Shown here: positions 48,441 to 59,700 of the stretch, piece by piece
Layout of the letters: every line of letters begins with the position of its first letter
How positions within the stretch are numbered: position 1 is the first letter of the stretch
Origin: Entomortierella parvispora E1425
Taxonomy: Eukaryota; Fungi; Mortierellomycota
Length of the DNA: 64,000 bases
Reading direction: 5' to 3'
Assembly (NCBI GenBank): GCA_020891255.1
Contig: BQFW01000001.1
Location: 558,001-622,000 of the forward strand
Position numbers and translations under genes: made by a program
The notes under the pieces: model-generated
Database searches by the model: none
What the model saw: the letters and a program-made list of their open reading frames with translations, nothing else
Told to the model about the DNA's origin: nothing

Positions 48441-50049
48441 CATGAGGGCGATGGAAAGTGCCGTTGGGCGGCCACTCGTTAACCAGTCACGTGAATCCGA
48501 GATCTCGTTGCATTGCGTTCTTCGTTTTTTGCATTTTGCTTAGCCATTCCTTAGCCATTCCTTAGCCATTCCTTAACCAACCACGTGATGCGAGGATCTC
48601 GATCTTTTTTTTGCATTTTGCTTAGCCATTCGTTAGCCAGCCACTTAAATATCAGTAGCGCCCTTGATGTGCATGGGCACGACTCGCAAAACACGGCTCT
48701 CATGGACATGTGCCTGATGACGGGCTTTGTTCACGCGGTCTGCATGGACACGGTCTGTGTGGGCATGATCTTCAGCACATGGCTCCAGTGGGTTATATAA
48801 ACTGCTGCCAGAGTTCCCATGGCCGTGTGAGCTACCATAGTTTCCATGATTGCAATAATAGGTATGGTTCCATTGACCGTATTGACTGCCAGGGCTCCGA
48901 CCTACGTATTGGTCACAGCTCCTCCATACTCTAAAGCGGACTGCAGTTGGTCCCCCATGTGTCGAAGCGACTGGGACAATTGATCAAATATCATGGTCTC
49001 GAGGAGGAGGAGGCGTATGTACCCGTGGCGGGTAGGCTGTATCGCGCGATATGAGGGGATTGGCGGGATAGCAATATTTGGTTGATGAAATGTATGCAGC
49101 GGTGTCACGGTCAGACAAGGGAAGGGTATGCAGTAGATCCATGGGGTTATATACTAGAAATGGATGCAGGCCAGGACCGAGTCTGCATTGAGTCAGAGAA
49201 GGCCCTGAAGAGTAGTCCGTACCCAAATGGGCACCAGTCGTAAGCTGGACAGCTGGACATATGGGTTGGGTCCTAGATGGCGACGTGGTCGTGATATGAG
49301 GTTGAATTCCTACGGAGGTGTTGAAATAGACGAAGGAGGCCAGTCTCACCTGGGTTGAAAATAGCCCAAAGACTTCAATTTATGGGTGTGGGGGAGTGAG
49401 GACAGCCTTAAACACAAATCTGACGGGGCTCAAGGGAGGGGGGGGGGGGTGAGAAAACTATAGTCCTTTTTTGTCCTCTTGCGCACGGTCCAAGTCAAAG
49501 AACCGCCTATTGCCAACATTGGAACCAGTGGTAGAGCGATTGGCAAGTTATTATATGTATTGGAGAGAGGGGACAGGTAGGGTGAACAGGGATCACATTC
49601 ACCCATGATCACAGAGAAGAAAGCCGCCAGAGGTCACAGACCAGGAGTGACAAACGAAAGGAGCTTTTTTCTCTGATCTTTTGATCGTATTCTGGACCAG
49701 TTATCTTTTGGCGCATGTTCATGTTCCTCTCGGATAGATCGATTGTGAGTGAGGAAGGCATCCAGACCATTTTTTCTTGTAGCTGCAAAGGTCAACAATG
49801 CCATACAGATTCGAACTGTATCTTCTCGTCGTTAACCCAAGCATCTATTTGTCTTTGTGCGTCGTATCGACCACCTATGGGCAGCCACTTTCCGTGCAGC
49901 CCACAAATTAATATGGTCCGTTGGTCCGCAAATGATGAGTCTTTATTATCTTTTCATTAGTCATCCTGGTCTTCCGTAAGCCATGATGGTTTCACCGACA
50001 TAGTTGCTACGGGAAAAGATTAGAACGCATGGAGTTCACCCAATTGACC

Positions 50050-52960
50050 CTCTCAGACAAATGGTCGGCGATGGCGCTTGAGTCCATACTGCAGCAATGA
50101 GGCAGAAATATTGGAAAAAGTCAGTGGGTGGGTCTTACTCTACTTTACGAACAACAAAGGGCAGGTCTTCACGCCACCCGTCAAATGACCACTTCATCTA
50201 CCGGAGCGACTCTTGCTCGGTACTTCTCTCCGGCATAGAGGGGAGAGGAGACCTTGAAATTCGAACCACAAAGTCTGGTTTCTTTGGTGCCACAGCATCA
50301 TCATGGTGCCTCTTCTTTGTGTCACGAGTGCCTCTTTGAGAGAGTTGCTTTCTATATAATGCGACTGAGTTTCCCGCGACTCCAACATGGGTACTTCACC
50401 CCTGGCAGCATCGGAGGCTCAGACAAGTCTTCGACAGTGGCGCTTCCGTGCACCTATTGGAGGCAGTCGGTGGTGACGCTTGCGTTCACACTAGAGCATC
50501 GAGAATACAAAGAAGTGTATTGTACCGAGGGCTGGCAGCGGTCACAGTTTCCTCAGAGAAAGGGGTAAGGCGGCAGCTATCGGGCACAGCATACGATGCA
50601 GTAGCGCTAAAAGAGACCAAAAGGGGCCTGAAAGAGGATGGTGTGAGCACCGGTGCACAGATCTCTTTCAAGGGGAAGTAGACACGAACAAAAATACAAG
50701 GAGTAGAGAGAGATTATTATATGTGTACCTTCACAATCGAATGTACTCTTGAAGAGATTATATGGTGACATCTTTGTGAGTTCAGAGGTCAAATGAAGGC
50801 AATGGATACTGGAAGACGTCGAAGGAATTGAAATGGCCAACTCCTCATCCCACCCATGCAACCAATATTCAACCTGTGACTGATTCCACCAGAACGTTTT
50901 TCTCGGGATCGAATGTAAAGCCGATAAAAGACCTTGGCTCCTTGGACGTTCCACCGATGCAAGGTGAACACCGTGATTGGCATCATATTCCAGTTGTTTT
51001 GCGCCTCTGCAATGGCTCGCCTGGTTGTGTACGTTGCAGGATGTCCAAAGCCTGTTCGGACTTGGGCTAAGCCAAACACTGAGTTTCCAAGCAGTGATTG
51101 GTCTTGCCTCTCAAGGGGAATCAGCGGACGGGTGTGCTCTCCGATGCCTGGATGATCCACATCGGCTAGGACCGACCTTAATCTGACCGTCATCTTCGGA
51201 CAGGTTGCCAAGATAGTTTCCAGCGCTTGTTCTGATGACAAGATGCGGGTTATAGAACTTATCTGGTATGACAACAATCTTAAGTACCTCTAGGTGTTGG
51301 GAGGTTGACTGGCTATCTGGAACACTGGTGTGATGTGTTTTTTCGGATTCAGCAGGCAGATCTTGTTTCCTGTCCCTGAAATAGTGCTTATTGCGAAGGA
51401 TCTTGGCCTGTCTGTCTCCGGGGGCAATGATTGCCCCTACAAGGCGCTCTATCCCCAGTGTCTCGCCTTGCATAATCACGTTAATGTGATCCTGGTTGAG
51501 CGTATCCTCACATCCATCTGGGACTGTTGGATGGTTCAAAATGTCTTTGGAGTTACACAATAGGTAAATGCTGAGAGTGATCCAGCGGGACAGTGGCTTG
51601 GAGGTGTTCTGTAAACCCTTTCAATTCCACGGAGCGTGTAGGAGAGCATCGATGGAGTAAGCCGGTCCCGCTTCTGTCCTTTGTTTTCATTTTTTGTCCC
51701 TCCTGGAGTATGTGCGAGTCCCGAGTCGAACCGGATGCCGTTGCCTTTCTGGTCCGACGATCGTGCGGTTGATCCAATGACCCAATTGTGGTTGAGCAAA
51801 GCCAGCAGCAACCGACGAAGAGGCGTTCGTTCTGACTGCGGTGGATATAAGTACTGCGGAAGTACGGAAGGCGCATCGGAATATTTGATTGTGGAGGATC
51901 CATGCCTTGCATTTATGATATCCGTCTGTGTCTGTAGTGGAGTCCCGTATACTTGTCCAGCAGTAGGCTTCGAGTGGCCATTACCAAAGACAAGATTAGG
52001 CGATTGCCCGTATGTATCGAAGTCGCGTGCTGAGCAGTTCCACAACCTCGATGAGGCCCTGAGCATGCAAATCGCCAGGTGCAAAGGCGCTCTGGAGTAA
52101 ATGAGCCATCCTGCGCAGAGAGCCCATGCCCAAGAAGCGAGATGGTTTAATGTCTCCAACAAACTTTCCCAGCGGAACCGGATATCGCCGTCCTCCAAGA
52201 CTAGGGCGAGATAGGGGACCTCGTTGATGGCCTTTTTGTCTCGAAGCCCATCCCGCGTGGAAGCTCGGATGAGATATATGGCCATTGCTTCGAGTCCAGC
52301 CTCCTTGTCTGCATTTTCGATTGTGTCCTTGAGCCACTTTCTTGCTGCGGGTCCGACCACATCCTCGGGAGAGTTGTGGGATCCTTGCTCCAAGTGGCCA
52401 AGACAGGATACAAGCTGTGGGGTATCAGCCACACGACCATCATATTCTGGAAAAGTCCATGGAAAGGCTGGGGGACAAGAGTCTTCTGGAAATATGCAGT
52501 CTTGAGCAAAAGCAATATCGGGTTCGGGCGCCGCTCTTCTAAGGAACATGAATCTCTTCTTGGCCCCTGGCCCTCTAACAATGATACCAGTAACAAAGTT
52601 GTGAGTGGTGGGCCTTGATCAAAGACCCGATGGGAACCTCCTCGCCTGAGAATCCATAGTCTAGAATATCAATGTGTCAACAACTTACCCCAACTTTTCA
52701 GCCTTCAGTCTACTTCTCTGCTGTTTGTCAGCAAACTCAAGATCGGCGATGATGTTGGCCATTTCCAGGTAGGCATTCACGATCCAATCCCTCAGGACTT
52801 GTTCTGTCATGTCGCTTTTCGCCTTGACAGACGACGACCCTACTCCGCTCACTCCTCTAGCAGTATATCCCCAAGTCCGTTTGCCTTTGCCTTTGAGCGA
52901 GGAAAGCAAACGATCCGCATGATTACAAGTCGCCAACACAATATCGGCATCTGTCGTCTC
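50050..52960 (-). pseudogene. Degenerate N-terminal part of a Mortierellaceae Arm-like-repeat (NACHT-WD40, NLR-like) gene
   Basis: LRDWIVNAYLEM...KAEKLG followed by a gtaagt donor; PEYDGRVADTPQLVSCL, ARKWL, IRASTRDGLRDKKAINEV..LALVL; many stops and shifts; no P-loop seen. Confidence 0.55.
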
Positions 52961-53974
52961 CCGTTGCGTGTTTGACTTGAGGCTAGACTTGACTCAGCGT
53001 CTTTTCGGGGTACCAACGAGGGTGCGAAAGAAAAGTTGAGAAGAATTTGCTGGTTGTTTATCCGCCTTCCTTCTTGTTGTTGTTATTGTTTTGGCGCCTG
53101 CGAAGGACATATAAAAATGAGTCAGGGTCCGTCTTTGGTGCTTCCTCCAATAATCTCTTTTCTTTCAGGGCGTCGCCGCTGACCTGAAAGACAGTTTTGG
53201 TTGGCCCCAAGGACCGTATGAGAGGTCCAGAGGTGGAGTGGGGTGGGATAGGATGCAAATTGGGGTGGCGTGTGCAACCCATGTCGAAAGCATGATTGAT
53301 GAGGTTCGTGTGATCAATTCCTACATAATTTACGTACAAAATGTTCTGTCATTTAGAGATCTAATCCAATATTTCTTGTCAGTTAAAGATCTAAGTACGC
53401 GAAATCTTTACTTTTCAGAATTTCAAAAAAAAAAAAAAAAATCAAAAACGCGTCGCCATCCGCCACCTCATTTTCATCCTCCATGGCAAAAATGGCCCGT
53501 TCACGCGCGGCCAATTCCCTTATTTTCATCCTCCATGGCCAAATGGCGCGTCTGATCTCGCGTCCACGCGCAGCCAGTTCCCTTATTTTCCACTCCTCGC
53601 CGAAAGTTAACGTCTGCTCGTTCGCCTATCTTTTCTTTCACTTGTTTCGGCGGGCCAATCGCCATCCTTCCTTCGCTGTTCTCTCACCCTTGGAACAATC
53701 GATTTCCTCCCTCCCTCATGTCGCCATGTCGTGGGGGGGGGGGGGCAGTCGATAAGTTAAGCAGTTTTCATACAAATACCCCCCGCAATCCCCTTCCTTT
53801 TTTTGCTCACTCCCCTTCCACACACACAAAGCACATAAAGCACACAAAGCACACACCACCATGCTGCCATCCTCCCCTCGGCCAGCAACAAGTGTCCCTG
53901 GTCCAACGACATCGGTTTTTCAGCTTCAGTCCTGCTCTCCTTGGCCTCGGTCCCAATGGTCTTGATCCCCCGGC

Positions 53975-54155
53975 CTACTTTTCCTGCCCTTCCAAGACTC
54001 TGGCCGCAAACCTGCCTGCCCTTCCAAGTCTTTGGCCGCAAACCTCCTGCCTGCCCTTCCAAGTCTTTGGCCGCAAACCTGCCTGCCCTTCCAAGTCTTT
54101 GGCCGCAAACCTGCCTGCCCTTCCAAGTCTTTGGCCGCAAACTTGCCTGCCCTTT
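53975..54155. repeat. About 32-bp tandem repeat (ttggccgcaaacctgcctgcccttccaagtct), roughly 5 copies
   Basis: Direct reading. Confidence 0.9.
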
Positions 54156-54361
54156 CAAGCTCAGGCCTCTGCCTCAAAGTTGTCTGCCTTCTCATGGCTT
54201 GACCTCGGCCTTCAAGACCCGTCTCGGTGACAAGGCTGCCTGGCCTGCACCCTCTCAAATGCAGTTGCCTCCCTGCCCTCTTTGGTCTTGAGGTCCCCAC
54301 CCAAGAAACAAGAAACAAGAAACAAGAAATCAAGAATCAAGAGAGAAAACTTCCTTTTCTT

Positions 54362-55080
54362 CCGTCCCCCTTCCTTCGCTTCTAGACTAGTTAGTTTAGC
54401 CCTAGTGTAGTTAGGATAGTCGGGCGGTGATCCATGATGCCGATGTGATGAGGTGATGGCTCAGAGTCGTCAGCGAACATCGGGGACTTGGTACTGCTCT
54501 TTGTTTCTTCCACAAATCCATGATGCCGATGGGATGTGGTGATGGCACGCAGTCGTCAGCATCTACAACAAACATCGGGGGACTTGGTACGCCAACTCAC
54601 TTTATCTCTTCCATAAACCATTTTTTTTCTTCAAAACTTACCTTTTCTCCTCTTCTTTTCCACTTCCATATCACTCTCATCCACCTCCAAAGCACTCCCA
54701 TCCCTTCCCAAAGCACTCTCTTTCTCTTTCATAGTACTCCCTTGTTAAGCACTATATTAAAACTCTTGTTTTCTCTCTTTAATCTGACCAAAAAAAATGA
54801 ACTACTTTACAAAGTTGGTGTCTCGATACTGAAGTTGATCTCATACGTGAATGATCTTGTTGAAAGGGGGGCAGGGTGGCAATTGTGAAGGAGATCAGTT
54901 GTTTTGGACCTGAGTGGTCTGCACGAGTGCATTCAAACGGGCCATGGCATAAGAATGTAGAGATTCATGGAGCCAGTGAATTAGAGATGGAGTGAATGAA
55001 GGCAAATGTGCATAGATGAGAGAGGAGTGATGAAGGAGGAATGGTATAATGGGGAGATGGAGAGATGCAGACCGGGCATT
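54362..55080. repeat. Dispersed non-coding repeat, copy 2
   Basis: Matches 10911-11650 in the same orientation. Confidence 0.85.
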
Positions 55081-56424
55081 GAGAGATGGAGCCATGAGCG
55101 ATGAGAAAGACAAGAGGGGGAGCAGACGGGAGAACGCCAGGGGGAAAATGTGCTTCGCCCATTTTGAGCCCGCTGTTGTTTCGCTGATATATTTTTTTTT
55201 TTTTTTTTTTTTTGGTCCCCTTATACACGGGTCCAGTCTGAAATGAAGGAGGCCCTGATCTCGCTTACTAGGCCCGCTGAATCAGATGGCGACTGTACAT
55301 GTACGTCGCGGCGTTGGTTGGTGTGGATTGCCAGCCTTCCACGCGGCTGATCTATCTGTGGATCAGCTAGCACTCATCTATTTGTTACAATTCCTTGGCT
55401 CTGCTCCTTCTTGAACCCGATGTTTCACTCTGTTTCCTACTCTGCCCCAAAATCGCGTTAGTTACACAAAGGCATCTGAGAAAACTTAGACACCCCTCGA
55501 ATTTTGCCCTGTACCCTCGAACGGACCGTCTGACCTTTCCTGAGCAATAAAAATATGTGTGAGCTGATGGCGAAGTTCAAAGGTAGGGCAAAGGCAGCAG
55601 GGCAAATGCAACGCAAAGTAAATGCAAAGTCAATGCAAAGTCAATGCACAGCCAATGCACAGCCAAAGCAAAGACAAGGCAAAAGCAGGGCAAAAGCGAG
55701 GCAAAGGCAAGGCAAAGGTAATAAAAATACGCTGCAAAGTCACTGCAACGGGAAGGCAAAGGCAAGAGATGGGAAAAGGCCCCCTTTGTCGTTACCAGAT
55801 CTGTGGGCCAAATATACCCCCTTGGCCTAAATAACTACCGATCCTGACTTCCCGGCTTTCCGGGCCTGACCATGGCCTGTGCTGTGTCGCAAAATCCACT
55901 TGTCTCTTTGCTTTTTGATCTTCAGTTTCCATCAAAAACAAAAAAAAAAAAAGAGTGCACCAAAAGCCAAAAAAAAAATTCGCCTTCCTCTGCCCCCACA
56001 TTTTCTTTCCTAACGTTCCCAAGATTAGTGAGTGGATGGGCACTTCAGGCCGCCGGGCGATATTGGATGGTGGCCAACGCCTTTGAAGAGTGTATGTCAC
56101 CATGCATAGCTGTTGCCTCGGTCATCAACATTCATGACAAACAGCAGAAAACCGGATTTCACTCTAGACAATTTTTTTCTTTTTTTTTCCCTTTCAAAGC
56201 AATCTATTGAATATCAATGAGGCAAACTCTTCATTCGTTGTGGACTACATACAGTGGAGTCCAAACAACTCAATTGCAAGAAATTGTCCATTGAAAGGGT
56301 AGATATTGGGCATGCCATGCGTGGCTCAGCACCGCCCCTCCCCCCCTCAATTTAGTCGCATGAAATTTCGACTTTTTGCGAACGAGCTGTTTTGGACTCT
56401 AAATCCCTCGCTGGCGATTTTTTC

Positions 56425-56434
56425 CCTATATAAA
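56425..56434 (+). promoter_or_regulatory. TATA-like box
   Basis: cctatataaa about 60 bp upstream of ATG 56491. Confidence 0.4.
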
Positions 56435-56490
56435 CGTACTTTCACGACCGCATCTCAGAACATTACAGCAGCCACCTCCCTCACTCCCCT

Positions 56491-59350
56491 ATGCATTTCA
56501 CAGTCGCTTTCACAACGATCCTCGGGTAAGTAGCTATAATTATGTCAAAGTTCTTGGCTGGAATGCCACAAGTTCTCTCACACTAAAAACCACTTCAATA
56601 TATACGATGATAGGATCGGTCTATGGATCGCCCTCCCCTCTGGCGTCCAATGCCTATCGGAAACTCAATCGCCCATGACTGTTCCCCACTCGATCCACAG
56701 CCCTTCACCATCCAATTTGGTCGGTGGTGAGGACATTGAACATGCGCTTTACCAGAGAGCATTGAGTCTGAGGCAAGATGTCCAAGACGGCTGGCAGCGC
56801 TTAGTGCACAGCCCTACTACAGACGGATCCTCAAGAATCGAGACCATTGCACCATCTGATCTCAGACCGACCATCGAATCCTGGGGTCTAACCAACCTTA
56901 TGAACGACAAAGTACACCATGACCTACAGGCGGTCGTCCAGCGTGCCATTGACCATGGCGTCTACGTCCGTCAAGAATTCTCCTACAATTCTCTCCCTTG
57001 TGCACATCCTGCGTGTCTGTCAACGCTTATTGTTGTTGTACAAGTACCCTACCTTGTGCACGACTACGTATGGAAGGTGGAGCTTGGACATGTCTATATC
57101 AATTCATTAGCTGATACAGTCAAAACCTGCCATAGATGTTGGTTTGAAACCTGTTGTCACTCACGATCTACTTTCTGTCCAGAAGAGCTCCAAGAGATCC
57201 AAGCAGTCATGTCCACAAGTCAGTCCGAGTGGGCCTTGAACAATCTCGCACCACCAGCACAAGTCCATGAAAACTTCCTCGCTTCTACTCACAGTTCCTT
57301 GCCTACCGATCTCGTCCGTGGTGGCGATGTGTGGTCTGTTCTACGCCGAATCGCGTTGAGGTGGAAGCAGGATACGCCAGCCGACTGGCAACGGGTGATG
57401 CACAGTCCTGTAACTAGTGGGTCTTCAGGGGTTGAAACTCTTGCGCCAGCAGACCTCAGATCAACCATCGGGTCTTGGGGTGTGGTCGACGAGATGCAAG
57501 AAAAAGCGTATCGCGACATCTACGCCATGATTCAACTCGCCGTCGACGAAGGCGTCTATATCGCGCAAGGGTTCTCCTACAATTGGCCGAGCTGCCAGGA
57601 CTCTCCTCAATCGACCTGTCTGTCCACACTCGCTGTTGTAGTGAAGGTGCCGTACGTGATACCCGGCTATGTATGGCGAGTAGAGCTTGCGCACGTTTAC
57701 ACAACCTCGGTTGCAGAGACGATTGAGCAGTTTGTATACTCCCACACGTGCCATCGGTGCTGGTTTAAAACTTGCTGTCATGACAGTAAAGACGTCAGAA
57801 GTCTCACACCCCAAGAGCTCATGGATGTTCAATCCGTCATGTCGACGTCTCAATCCGAATGGGCTATGGGGCACATCCCGCAGCAAGAGAGCTTCGATAC
57901 GCCTTCTGATATGAACGCTCTGGGGTCATTCGGGGCTTTCGAGCCGCTACTTCGAACTATACTTAACAATGACGTTGAGAACCGAGATGTGTACAAGACT
58001 CATCGAGGAGGCATACTTGAGGCTGTCCAAAACGCCACTCTTTCCCGCCACCAAACCTCTAACAACATGGAACTATCTGCGAGCGACGAAGACATCGCCC
58101 CTTTGTTGGAGGACTTATTGGAAAGTTGTTTTGTCAAGGCGGGGATCCAAGAACCAGTCAAGGAGTGGTGGGAGCGTGCCTATTCGGATAGCCAAGGTCA
58201 TCCCATTTCGGTGGAGTGTGAATTCGCGAGGCAGAGTACTGAGCCCATTGTCCCACCAAGCGCTGGGTGTATGACCAGTACCAAGGTTACTGTCGACACT
58301 GAGTATTCGTGGCTCCTGGTAGTACCACACGAAAACAGTTTCGACATTTTGCTCTTGGAGAGCGAACTCGGGATTGCATTCGAGGACTGCAAGTGTGATG
58401 GGAACGAAATTCGTAATGGAGCTTGCTCATTGTTACATGTGCGTTCCGACAATCAAGGGTCTGGCTCGAACGTCCGTTGGGGTTACATTAAATCCGATGG
58501 GTCCGTTGGCTCCGTTGAGTACCTGGCCGAGTGGAAGTCTTACCCCGCTTATGTGAGCAAGGTGCTTCTGGATCTCCTCCGTTTCGCAACCGCATCGTCC
58601 TACCTAAAGGTTCCGCCTCCTGTCCGAAGTAGCCTACCTACTCCTGCTCTCGTCCGTCAGGCGCCTATGCCTACCAGTAACAACAAGGCAGTAGAGCCAT
58701 TGGTGACGAGCCCCTCCTTTGGAGCCATTATGATGGCTATCAATCAGTTTGCCGATACCTGGGATAAAGTGATGAAAACGTTTGGGCCCAGTAGCCGGAC
58801 GGATATCAAGAGAAGGGTCTGTCTCGGTTTCGATGCCCTCGATTACAGTGCATCATCCATGGTCTTGGCAGGTGTTGATGTCAAGAACTTACCACTCCTC
58901 GTGGAGGATGTCATTGATACGGAGGATCTGCCTAAGCGAGGTGACATTAAACGCCTAATGTCTGGCGTCAAATATTCAACGAATTTTACTTGGATCGGCG
59001 AATCAATGACCTACTCGAATCCGGATGGCACGCAGTCCTACCTGTTTTTCTCCAAGTATGCAGATGCTCTCTCTGGCATGGCAGATGTCGTCTACTGTGC
59101 GATCAAGAGTACATTCACTCTTGCGCCGGATATGTTGATCGTCCATCGTCAGAAGACTGGACTATTGGGATTTGGTCGAAGCGACGAAACGTCCATTGAG
59201 TATGTTCCTCATACTCTTACCTTGAACGACACTCTAATTTTGGAAATGTTTTGGGAAATGATTGCGTTCCATCAACTGGCGCTTGCTATGGGTGCCGAGC
59301 CGCCAAAATACCCCGACCTCAGTGGACTCTGCGACCGTTCTATTCCATAG
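56491..59350 (+). CDS. Secreted 923-aa protein with a tandemly duplicated Cys/His-rich domain, function unknown
   Basis: Exon 56491-56525, intron 56526-56613 and exon 56614-59350 give the signal peptide MHFTVAFTTILGIGLWIALPSGVQC in frame with the 891-aa ORF. Confidence 0.85.
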
Positions 59351-59700
59351 GTTAGCCGGCCGTAAACTTTCTAGAAGGCATCCAGTCCCCCCTGCCTTTT
59401 TTATTATCTAAAACTGCCTTTGAACATCTTTGCTCTCTGCGAACTTCATGATCTGCCCACCCGAGGAGGACAGGTCGTCCAGGAGCACACAAATAAAAGA
59501 TCAAGACAACAAACAAAAAAAGGTCATCTCTGTGCCAAGAGGCAATGGTATGGCAGGAGAGGACATGAAAAAGTCCACGGCCAATTGACGTTGACAGAGG
59601 ATACGCTAAAACTACTCTCTGTTTTTGTTTATTGAGGGCAAACGTCCACTGCCTGGCACGATTCCGTGGCTTACTTCATCCCCCGCAAGCGACCTTGCGT

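Noticed and set aside
53058-53339. hAT dimerisation-domain relic (VFQVSGDALKEKR)
   Set aside because: Only a loose resemblance over about 15 residues, with no other hAT features nearby
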